A DNA stretch of 64,000 bases from a virus (lineage: Duplodnaviria; Heunggongvirae; Uroviricota; Caudoviricetes). How positions within the stretch are numbered: position 1 is the stretch's first letter; each line of letters opens with the position of its first letter. A program made the translations under genes and the position numbers. This document shows, one piece after another, positions 46,078 through 53,436 of the stretch. Where the stretch lies: the IMG/VR virus record IMGVR_UViG_3300031413_000001; one strand, written 5' to 3'. The notes under the pieces are model-generated. The model ran no database searches and was not told where the DNA came from. It was given only the letters and a program-made list of their open reading frames with translations.

Positions 46078-47418
46078 ATGAGCGACAACAAGGCAATCAA
46101 GTTTCCCGATCGGCACTACGTGGGCTTTCAGGCTCGCCCCAGTCACGATGAGCTGCCTCTGGGGTTCATGACCCCGGACGGCACGGACAGTGCTGCGGTC
46201 AAGCGCAAGGGCACGGTCGATCGCTGGGCAGAGAGTGGCGGCTATTATGGTCGCAACGAAGCCCAGGACAAACTGCCGGCGCAGAGCTACGAGAACAAGC
46301 CGCTGGCTGGTTTCAAGCTGGGTCAGAATGTTCGGCACGGTTACGGCTGGGGACAGGGTAACGTCAAGTGGCGCATCGCCGATCCGCGCGGCTTTGAACT
46401 GGAGATCACCAGTCCCAATTTCGCCCAGCTGATCGGCTTCTGCACGATCCAGGAAGGCGAGATCCTCGAGGACTGCATCTGGGCTCGACTGGGTGCCGAC
46501 AACGTGCTGGTTCCCGTCAACAGCGACGTCTATCGCGCAACTGTTCGGAACACCGAGCGGGTGAAGAAGTCGGCATCCATGCGGGACATCAAGATCGGCG
46601 ACAGCGCGGTCTTGCAGAATGGCGACGAGGGCATCTACTATGGCGCCTTCTACGTTGCCTCCATCGATCGCTATTCCAACGGGCTGGGTCACAACCTCAA
46701 CAGCACGGGCAAAAAGCGCCACGTGTTCCTGATGCAGCAGCCGGGCGCTGATGGCGTGAGCAGCGTCAAGTTCTTCAAGGCCATGCCCACTCCCAAGCTG
46801 AGCGAGGTCTTCGAAGCTGAAACGCCGCTCACGCATACCGAGGCCGAGAAGGAAGTTAACCGGCTGATCCAGACGGGCATCAAGCTCAACGAGAGCGGGG
46901 CCAACTATCAGGAAGCTATCGGGGTCTCCATCGAGGAGATGAGCATCAGCGACTTCACGCAAACGGAGGAGCCCTGCACGTACCAGACGCTGCTCGACGA
47001 TGCGCTTGCGATCAGCCCCGAACACAAGGACAACATCAGCTATCTGATGCGCTACGTCAGCGAGGGCAACGTGTTCGGCGTCTACAACGGAAAGCTGGTT
47101 CAGATTGATCTCTACGATGTGGAGAACAAGAAGACGATCGTGCCGGGCGGCTCCACCCATCATCCACAGTACCACGGCGGAAAGCCCCAGTTCTGGACGG
47201 CCAAGTTCGCTTGGGTGGACGTGGCCAAGTTCCAGGCAACCGGTGAACTGGCCCCAGTGGTCAGGTCGGCCACTCAGGGCACTGGCTACTTCTCGCGGCA
47301 GTACAATGAGACGGTCTGTGAAGACTTTGATGTGTCCACCGACACGTTGCCCGATCTATTCCGTTACCGCATGAACGCCAAGACCACTGCGGGCGCGGAT
47401 GTGGTCTTTTACCGGTAA
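46078..47418 (+). CDS. hypothetical protein
   Basis: 446 aa with balanced composition. The antisense 467-aa ORF is judged a shadow because of its Leu/Ala/Arg/Val bias. Confidence 0.6.
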   Translation: MSDNKAIKFPDRHYVGFQARPSHDELPLGFMTPDGTDSAAVKRKGTVDRWAESGGYYGRNEAQDKLPAQSYENKPLAGFKLGQNVRHGYGWGQGNVKWRIADPRGFELEITSPNFAQLIGFCTIQEGEILEDCIWARLGADNVLVPVNSDVYRATVRNTERVKKSASMRDIKIGDSAVLQNGDEGIYYGAFYVASIDRYSNGLGHNLNSTGKKRHVFLMQQPGADGVSSVKFFKAMPTPKLSEVFEAETPLTHTEAEKEVNRLIQTGIKLNESGANYQEAIGVSIEEMSISDFTQTEEPCTYQTLLDDALAISPEHKDNISYLMRYVSEGNVFGVYNGKLVQIDLYDVENKKTIVPGGSTHHPQYHGGKPQFWTAKFAWVDVAKFQATGELAPVVRSATQGTGYFSRQYNETVCEDFDVSTDTLPDLFRYRMNAKTTAGADVVFYR

Positions 47419-47424
47419 TGACTT

Positions 47425-47450
47425 GGGGAGCGGATGTCCGCTCCCCATTT
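47425..47450. terminator. bidirectional intrinsic terminator between convergent genes
   Basis: ggggagcgg-atgt-ccgctcccc, flanked by t-rich sequence on the + side. Confidence 0.65.
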
Positions 47451-47454
47451 GCCC

Positions 47455-48807
47455 TTAAAACTTTACCTTCTTCAAGGCCTCTACTTCTTCGCGGTAGAGG
47501 TCTTTTCGTACCTGTGGATCCTTCAAGATCCTGTTGTACTCCTTGATGTTGGCCTTTAGTTCCTTGATCTTGTCTAGGACCTGCTGATATGCGTCCTTGG
47601 TCCAACGATGGGCCGGTAGGTTGACGATGCGGTCGATTCGCTTGTCATCCAGCTTGAGCTTGATCGTTACCTTGTTGACATCTTGATCCAGTTCCACTCG
47701 GCTCTTGATCGCACCCAAGCGCGCTGGCAGTTTGTCATCAAAGCATAGCTTGACACCTTCCCAGAAGCCCAGCTCGTAGCTGTCCTTGTCAACCTTGTTC
47801 TGATAGCGTGTTGCGTACCAGTTCAAACGCCATGCCACAAAGTCCTCGACAACCTTCTCGGCGTTCTCATACTGACGGATTGCCTTGCCGTTCCAGTCGA
47901 TGACCACGATGCGCTCGCTCTTCTTCTGGCGTAGCTTGAAGTAGTCAATGATCTTGGCCTGGTCCCAGCCCTTTACCGCACCACGTGCCATCTTGACCGT
48001 GATGTCGATGGTGTCTGTGGAGCGATCAGTGTAGGTGCTGATCTTGCCATCGTCCTCGAATGTGTTGAGTCGTTCCTTGAACTTTTCCAGTGTGAGCTCT
48101 GGCGGCAACTCGGTGATCTTAACCGTCGAAGTGTCGAGGACCTCAGCCTTGCCAGTGAACTCCCAGGAGTTTTCCTCAAGGTGCTGAACGCCAACGTTGT
48201 AGAGTTCGTATGCTGGTGGAATCCTCTTGAGCTTTTTACCGTCTAGGACGTCCAGCGTGGCCTGAATCAAGCTCTTAAAGCTGCGGGGCAAGATCTCCGT
48301 TGACCAGCCCACAGCGATGCCGGAAACACCGTTTAGAAGCACAGTGGGGATCAGGGGGAGAAAGTGCTGCGGCTCAATTGTGGAGCCGTCGTAGTTTTCC
48401 TTGGTTGGCACAATGTCCATGTCGGGGAACATCAGTTCCATTGCTGCCTTGCCACGCTTGACGTATGTGTAGCGAGGAGCACCAATACCATCAACGGGAG
48501 CCACGCGAGTACCAAACGATCCAATGCCATCTAGAAGTGGCACGTTGTTGACATAAGGAGCGGCCAGCATGGAGATCGAACCGGCCGCCGAGGCGTCGCC
48601 GTGAAGATACAATCCGCTGCTGATCATCTCACCTGCCAGCGAGACTGTCTTGATCTTTTCACTCTTGCCCTTGACAAGCCAGAGTGCTTTGCGTTGTGCG
48701 TCCTTTAGACCGTCGGCAACCTTGGGGATTGCGCGGCTTTCGCAAACGTAGATGGAATATTCTCGACTGGTGTCTAGGATATAATTGGATGAGCTATTTT
48801 GGGTCAT
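47455..48807 (-). CDS. DNA topoisomerase II, GyrA/ParC-N-terminal-like subunit (T4 gp52-like)
   Basis: 450 aa. YSIYVCESRAIPKVADGLKDAQRKALW; active-site Tyr region PRYTYVK; tower/winged-helix segments. Confidence 0.85.
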   Translation of the reverse strand: MTQNSSSNYILDTSREYSIYVCESRAIPKVADGLKDAQRKALWLVKGKSEKIKTVSLAGEMISSGLYLHGDASAAGSISMLAAPYVNNVPLLDGIGSFGTRVAPVDGIGAPRYTYVKRGKAAMELMFPDMDIVPTKENYDGSTIEPQHFLPLIPTVLLNGVSGIAVGWSTEILPRSFKSLIQATLDVLDGKKLKRIPPAYELYNVGVQHLEENSWEFTGKAEVLDTSTVKITELPPELTLEKFKERLNTFEDDGKISTYTDRSTDTIDITVKMARGAVKGWDQAKIIDYFKLRQKKSERIVVIDWNGKAIRQYENAEKVVEDFVAWRLNWYATRYQNKVDKDSYELGFWEGVKLCFDDKLPARLGAIKSRVELDQDVNKVTIKLKLDDKRIDRIVNLPAHRWTKDAYQQVLDKIKELKANIKEYNRILKDPQVRKDLYREEVEALKKVKF

Positions 48808-48868
48808 TGAGATGCCTCTGATTTATCGTGCATTTTACTTATTGCACGACACCAGAGTCAATAACTGG

Positions 48869-49075
48869 TTAGCCCCAGACCAGTTTGAACATCACTGCCT
48901 TGGAGGGGTCGCGGAACATCCAGCCAAAATGACTTGCCATCCCATATGGCGTTCCATAAAAGACATAATCGTCGCGGGTCCAGCCCTGTTCTTTGAACCA
49001 CTTCTCTATGTCTTGGCGTGTGATCCAACAACCATCGCGCAGCATACAGATGTCAACGACTTCTAGGTCGGTCAT
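48869..49075 (-). CDS. FKLxWGG family small protein (array copy 1)
   Basis: C-terminus FRDPSKAVMFKLVWG; ATGA overlap with copy 2. Confidence 0.55.
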   Translation of the reverse strand: MTDLEVVDICMLRDGCWITRQDIEKWFKEQGWTRDDYVFYGTPYGMASHFGWMFRDPSKAVMFKLVWG

Positions 49076-49377
49076 CCCCAGGCCAGTTTGAAATGAGCTG
49101 CGACCTTGGGGTCCTTGAAGTAGAAGATGAACTCATGGTCGCCTTCTCGACTTACTCCCCAATCGTAATCGTACCAGGCTTTGTCGCTTTCATCCAATCG
49201 ACTCATTGAAGCATCGCCGCTTAGATCAGGATATTGGCCTTGTATCCACTTCATTGCATCAAGGCCAGTCTTTAGATGCGTTCCAAAACCTCCAGAAGTA
49301 ACCAGTATTACGTGGTGTTCAAAGTCTGGTTCCCACCAGGGAACATAGTGGACGCCATTCTTCTCTCTGTACTTCAT
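49072..49377 (-). CDS. FKLxWGG family small protein (array copy 2)
   Basis: Internal ATG (MKYREKNG...) forms an ATGA overlap with copy 3, so the listed 165-aa ORF is trimmed. C-terminus FIFYFKDPKVAAHFKLAWG. Confidence 0.55.
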   Translation of the reverse strand: MKYREKNGVHYVPWWEPDFEHHVILVTSGGFGTHLKTGLDAMKWIQGQYPDLSGDASMSRLDESDKAWYDYDWGVSREGDHEFIFYFKDPKVAAHFKLAWG

Positions 49378-49709
49378 AGTCGGCCCGTCCAAGTCAGCAT
49401 GAACAGCATCGCTGCCCTTCGGTCCCTGAACCAAAAATGGGCTAGAAGCGGCTTTGGTGAGCGATCTTTGGAGCTCTTTTGAGTGGAACCGGTATGAAGC
49501 CATTCGCCCTTGCCCTCGTTTTCCCAAAAGTGCTGACCGTTGGTGGTTCCAACGTTCTCGAGGAGCCACTCCTTGGTTTCAAGGGGAAAGCCATGCTTGA
49601 AATAGCCATGCGCTTTTCCACGGCCACGAGGAATCTCGGCATCAAGGGTGACATGGAAGCCACTCTTGACGATTACCTTGCCATTCTCATGGGCTGGCTG
49701 GTGAGTCAT
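49374..49709 (-). CDS. FKLxWGG family small protein (array copy 3, diverged C-terminus)
   Basis: C-terminus HFWFRDRRAAMLFMLTWTGRL. Confidence 0.5.
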   Translation of the reverse strand: MTHQPAHENGKVIVKSGFHVTLDAEIPRGRGKAHGYFKHGFPLETKEWLLENVGTTNGQHFWENEGKGEWLHTGSTQKSSKDRSPKPLLAHFWFRDRRAAMLFMLTWTGRL

Positions 49710-49963
49710 TTTCCTCCAAAGATCATCTTGAACATCACGGCCTCGGTGGGTTTATCGAAGTACCACGTGCTATAACCAAAAGAGGACCAATTGCGAGTGC
49801 AGAATTCCTCACACCAGTCTTCCATTTCAGCCAGCTTGCTGTAGCGGGTCTCCGATGAGTTGAGGCTACGATTATACTCATCCGGCGAGGGAATGGTAAC
49901 CTTGATGGCGTGAGCGTGCTGGGTCCTGAGCCCCTTGTACTTGCGGGGAGGATTCCATTGCAT
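49706..49963 (-). CDS. FKLxWGG family small protein (array copy 4)
   Basis: MEDWCEEFCTRNW; C-terminus TWYFDKPTEAVMFKMIFGGK. Confidence 0.55.
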   Translation of the reverse strand: MQWNPPRKYKGLRTQHAHAIKVTIPSPDEYNRSLNSSETRYSKLAEMEDWCEEFCTRNWSSFGYSTWYFDKPTEAVMFKMIFGGK

Positions 49964-50045
49964 AGCAGTCTCCAGGAAGCGTGATTGCTTCCTACTGCTC
50001 GCTGTGGATGATCTTTCGAAGTTTCATGTGAACTGGTATAGCAGC

Positions 50046-50270
50046 TTAGGGCCGCAGTTCAACCGCTTTCACAGACACTGTGGCGGCCGGGAACTCATTG
50101 GATGCCCAGCGGAACGCTGCATCACGTGCCTTGATCTCGCTGAAGTTGTAGGCCCAGAAGGTGCTAGTCTCCAGCGAGGGTGCCTCAGGAAAGACCCCAT
50201 TGATGGGATGATCCAGTTCCAGTGTGATCTTCCAGAGGCTGCACTTGTTATTGAGCATGTGGCTATCCAT
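50046..50270 (-). CDS. degenerate FKLxWGG family member (array copy 5)
   Basis: C-terminal region EIKARDAAFRWASNEF plus a 14-aa extension; possibly decaying. Confidence 0.35.
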   Translation of the reverse strand: MDSHMLNNKCSLWKITLELDHPINGVFPEAPSLETSTFWAYNFSEIKARDAAFRWASNEFPAATVSVKAVELRP

Positions 50271-50526
50271 TGGCTAGTTTGAACATGACCGCTTCCCGGG
50301 GATCCACAAATAGGATTTGCAGATGCAGAAAAGGATCGATCAGATAACCACTCTTGCAATGCTTCTCGCACCAACTCTCCGCGAGTTCAATACTCTCGAT
50401 GGCCAGATCTTTGAGACCAGGACGCTTTCCATGGGCTCTCGCAGTTTGAAGAATACTCTGCATTAGTCGACTACGAAGCTTCAGCTCAACCACATGGTAG
50501 TCTTGTTGATCAACATTCAGTATCAC
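50263..50526 (-). CDS. FKLxWGG family small protein (array copy 6)
   Basis: AESWCEKHCKSGY; C-terminus ILFVDPREAVMFKLANG. Confidence 0.55.
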   Translation of the reverse strand: MILNVDQQDYHVVELKLRSRLMQSILQTARAHGKRPGLKDLAIESIELAESWCEKHCKSGYLIDPFLHLQILFVDPREAVMFKLANG

Positions 50527-50867
50527 AATGTTCCGCCCCAGGCAAGTTTGAACAACATAGCGTCCTGATCACTCTTAAAGTAGAAGCGGTACTGATCGCG
50601 ATATACATGATCATAGATGCTGAGTGTGGGATGATCGGTGGTTCCGCGACGGGGAAGAGACCCACGACCGCTGATCACCACGGTATCTTGTGTGACATCC
50701 AGGAGCCACTGACGAATCTCGTGGTGGTTGTTCTCTAGCTGGGCACAGAAGCTGGTAGCGGTCTTGGGATCGAGGTACCATTTTACCTGGTCGTCTCGAT
50801 CGACCATGTGAACTCTTACATCCATTGCTGGCGAAACTTCTCTGCATCTGTTTTGGTTTGAAACCAA
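50523..50867 (-). CDS. FKLxWGG family small protein (array copy 7)
   Basis: C-terminus YRFYFKSDQDAMLFKLAWGGTL. True start is probably an internal Met (about 50825 or 50807). Confidence 0.55.
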   Translation of the reverse strand: MVSNQNRCREVSPAMDVRVHMVDRDDQVKWYLDPKTATSFCAQLENNHHEIRQWLLDVTQDTVVISGRGSLPRRGTTDHPTLSIYDHVYRDQYRFYFKSDQDAMLFKLAWGGTL

Positions 50868-51064
50868 GCCACGAAATCAATGGTTCTGTTGAGCTTTCCC
50901 TTGTCGCCATTGAACACCGTGTAGTCATACTGCATGTGGTTGACTAAGTGATCGCGGCACCACTTTAAGATCACTTCTTCGTTGAACTCCATGTCGCGGA
51001 AGGTACGGGTTTGCTTGAAGTGAAGGCGTTTGGGAGGGAGGCCATTTCTGTGAACTGTGGACAT
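50816..51064 (-). CDS. FKLxWGG family member with diverged C-terminus (array copy 8)
   Basis: ILKWCRDHLVNHM; C-terminus FQTKTDAEKFRQQWM. Confidence 0.45.
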   Translation of the reverse strand: MSTVHRNGLPPKRLHFKQTRTFRDMEFNEEVILKWCRDHLVNHMQYDYTVFNGDKGKLNRTIDFVAWFQTKTDAEKFRQQWM

Positions 51065-51267
51065 TACAACCTCAATCTGAACATAACCGCTTGGTCGCGG
51101 CTCTCAAAACTCATTTCTCTGATTTCATGATTTCCCACATAGAATATAGCCACCGATTGTCGAATACCCATTTCGCGCAATATCTCTTCAGCGCGTTCAA
51201 AAGGTGGGGTCCGAATGGCAAGCGGTGGGTTAAACTCGATGTTGGCTCGCTCAGGTGATTTAGGCAT
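51064..51267 (-). CDS. degenerate FKLxWGG family member (array copy 9)
   Basis: 67 aa; C-terminus SRDQAVMFRLRL. Confidence 0.4.
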   Translation of the reverse strand: MPKSPERANIEFNPPLAIRTPPFERAEEILREMGIRQSVAIFYVGNHEIREMSFESRDQAVMFRLRL

Positions 51268-51523
51268 TATGCCACCTCAACTTGAAAATCATTGCATCTC
51301 GCCCCTCACTAAAGGACGCGCTCAAAGCGATCTGCGTGAAACCAATGCCAAAGGTTTTGATTCCACTATCCTTGCACCACTGTTCCAGGGCGTCAACAAC
51401 TCTGGTGAGGTTTTGATTCCACTCCACGTCCCAGCGGTTAAATGGGTCCCTTTGCCAATCCAAGTTCAGGGACATCATAATTCGATCTATTTGGCGCTTG
51501 TCAAAATTGCACTGGATGGTCAT
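51260..51523 (-). CDS. FKLxWGG family small protein (array copy 10)
   Basis: LEQWCKDSG; C-terminus FSEGRDAMIFKLRWHNA. Confidence 0.5.
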   Translation of the reverse strand: MTIQCNFDKRQIDRIMMSLNLDWQRDPFNRWDVEWNQNLTRVVDALEQWCKDSGIKTFGIGFTQIALSASFSEGRDAMIFKLRWHNA

Positions 51524-51816
51524 GCCCCACCCCAGGCTAGCTTGAATGCCATTGCATCGCTTTTGTTCTTAAAGCGCCAACTGTAGACAATCGAGGTGTA
51601 GTGGAGACGAACGCGAACTGGATTCAAACCCTGTGGATAGGGAGCCTCAACGTTCTTGCGTTCATATCCCCACTGGTCACCAAGTTCACCAAACTGACCA
51701 CCGCACCACTCGTTGATATCCATGAAGGTCGTGATATCATCGTTTGCTGGAGTCGTGGTGTGATCAATCCAGTGAGGAAACTGGTACTCTGGGAGGTGTT
51801 GGTAATCAAGCTGCAT
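51520..51816 (-). CDS. FKLxWGG family small protein (array copy 11)
   Basis: INEWCGGQFG; C-terminus YSWRFKNKSDAMAFKLAWGGA. Confidence 0.6.
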   Translation of the reverse strand: MQLDYQHLPEYQFPHWIDHTTTPANDDITTFMDINEWCGGQFGELGDQWGYERKNVEAPYPQGLNPVRVRLHYTSIVYSWRFKNKSDAMAFKLAWGGA

Positions 51817-51826
51817 AGTCAGCTAT

Positions 51827-52120
51827 TTACACACCACCCCAAGTCAGTTTGAACATCAGAGCCCTTGCTTCATCGCGAAAGTAAAAGATGCGGCGAAGCT
51901 GTCCAAAAGCATCATGCATCAGTCCACCGTGGTGCCACTGGTACTGACTGTTGTCCATGTTGAGAAACCACTGGTGGTTGGTTGGCGCACCTTTGCCCAC
52001 ATGCCTTTCCAGCCACTCATATATTTCAGTGCTCAGTTGAAAGCCGCCCGACCCCAGTAGACTGTATCGGTCTTGGTTTTCCATGTAGAGTGTGATGTAG
52101 GTGTTGTCCAAGTTATTCAC
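51827..52120 (-). CDS. FKLxWGG family small protein (array copy 12)
   Basis: C-terminus RIFYFRDEARALMFKLTWGGV. Confidence 0.6.
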   Translation of the reverse strand: MNNLDNTYITLYMENQDRYSLLGSGGFQLSTEIYEWLERHVGKGAPTNHQWFLNMDNSQYQWHHGGLMHDAFGQLRRIFYFRDEARALMFKLTWGGV

Positions 52121-52529
52121 CGCCCCAAGTTAGTTTGAACAAGATGGCATCATCCTTGCTGGAGAACCAAAAGTGGTAATGTGTGATGGGGATGCCCAAT
52201 TCTTCAGCCATCTGGTTTCGCTGCTCACGTATCTGACTTCTAGCAATGGAGTCTGAGATTGCTGCCTCGATCCAATTGCTGTCCTTGGTATCGCGTGGAT
52301 TGGGAATAGTACCATCGGCGATTAAGATGCTCCGCATATATACGTCGAAATCAATCAATACGCCATAGGCACTCTTGGCCCACTTTCCCTCACAGGATTC
52401 CCTGCACCAAGTGGTCATGGAAAATACATCCATGGAATAGACAGGAACGCGCGTTCCATACGCCTGGAGATCCCAGTATAGATCGGCCGTCTCGCGATCA
52501 AAGAACTCGGCGTTGGGTAGAAGTTCCAT
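52113..52529 (-). CDS. FKLxWGG family small protein (array copy 13)
   Basis: Internal start MELLPNAEFF is preferred. MTTWCRESCEGKW; C-terminus HFWFSSKDDAILFKLTWGGE. Confidence 0.55.
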   Translation of the reverse strand: MELLPNAEFFDRETADLYWDLQAYGTRVPVYSMDVFSMTTWCRESCEGKWAKSAYGVLIDFDVYMRSILIADGTIPNPRDTKDSNWIEAAISDSIARSQIREQRNQMAEELGIPITHYHFWFSSKDDAILFKLTWGGE

Positions 52530-52530
52530 A

Positions 52531-52818
52531 TCAGCCCCAGGTAAGTTTGAACAAAAGGGCATCCGCACTGTTGTTGAATGCAAAGCCAGTCTTGCCACGA
52601 ACGTTAACGGGTGCGGGCACTGATGTGCAATTTAATCTGCACCATCGTGTTAGAACAGCCACACCCTGGTTTAGCTGCTCGGCGTTGCGCGCCCAGGAAG
52701 TGCTCTTGTAATCTTCCACATTGGTACCACCACACTCCGCTATCCTGTGCTGGGTCATGTAGGCAACATGGTCGCCTTCTTGCGGTTCAAACCAAACCAT
52801 AAACCAATGAAGATTCAT
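52531..52818 (-). CDS. FKLxWGG family small protein (array copy 14)
   Basis: LTRWCRLNCTSV; C-terminus FAFNNSADALLFKLTWG. Confidence 0.6.
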   Translation of the reverse strand: MNLHWFMVWFEPQEGDHVAYMTQHRIAECGGTNVEDYKSTSWARNAEQLNQGVAVLTRWCRLNCTSVPAPVNVRGKTGFAFNNSADALLFKLTWG

Positions 52819-53180
52819 CGCACACCAAAGGCCATCTTGAACAACTGGGCAGCGCGACGATCGCGTATCATAACCTGTATTACTGCCCGGTCGGGGAGGT
52901 AAAGTTCACCACGGACTGACCAATCGTGTCTTCGTCCCAGAGCGTCTGCATGATACCATTCTCGACCGTAAGCGCGCCGGGGCCCCACATTCTTGTAGAG
53001 CCACTCCGTGACTGCGGGATGGACGTCATCGAAGTGTCCTGAGCGTAGGTTCTGGACACCATCTGAACCTAGCATCATGGCTTCAGCATACAGCTCTTTT
53101 ACAGACCTTACGGGAATGAACACGTTGAAGTGGCCATCCTCAATTTCCATTAAATGTCCAGGTAGCTCAAACACTTCCAC
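52815..53180 (-). CDS. FKLxWGG family small protein (array copy 15, diverged C-terminus)
   Basis: C-terminus IQVMIRDRRAAQLFKMAFGVR. Confidence 0.5.
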   Translation of the reverse strand: MEVFELPGHLMEIEDGHFNVFIPVRSVKELYAEAMMLGSDGVQNLRSGHFDDVHPAVTEWLYKNVGPRRAYGREWYHADALGRRHDWSVRGELYLPDRAVIQVMIRDRRAAQLFKMAFGVR

Positions 53181-53436
53181 CCCACGTCAACTTGAAGATC
53201 ATCTGTTCCACTTTGTTCTTACAGTGGATATTGATGCGGGTCTTGTACCCACCATCAGCAGCTTGAGTACTTGGATTTCTGTCATAGGACGTTGCGATTT
53301 TGTGGCTTGGCATCATTTTATCGAGCCAAGCCACAAAGCTATCATAGTCGTCCGTCGTCACTGCGCCAAACCAAATATCTTCGAAAAGAGGGTGTGGTCC
53401 ACAGTGACGCATATCAACCCTCACAGGCCAATCCAC
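53167..53436 (-). CDS. FKLxWGG family small protein (array copy 16)
   Basis: C-terminus HCKNKVEQMIFKLTWGGSV. Its start overlaps the end of the gp39-like gene. Confidence 0.55.
   Translation of the reverse strand: MDWPVRVDMRHCGPHPLFEDIWFGAVTTDDYDSFVAWLDKMMPSHKIATSYDRNPSTQAADGGYKTRINIHCKNKVEQMIFKLTWGGSV

Noticed and set aside
45772-47175. 467-aa minus-strand ORF antisense to the 46078-47418 gene
   Set aside because: Composition dominated by L/A/R/V/D; no start context. The + strand ORF has balanced composition and a downstream terminator positioned for it.
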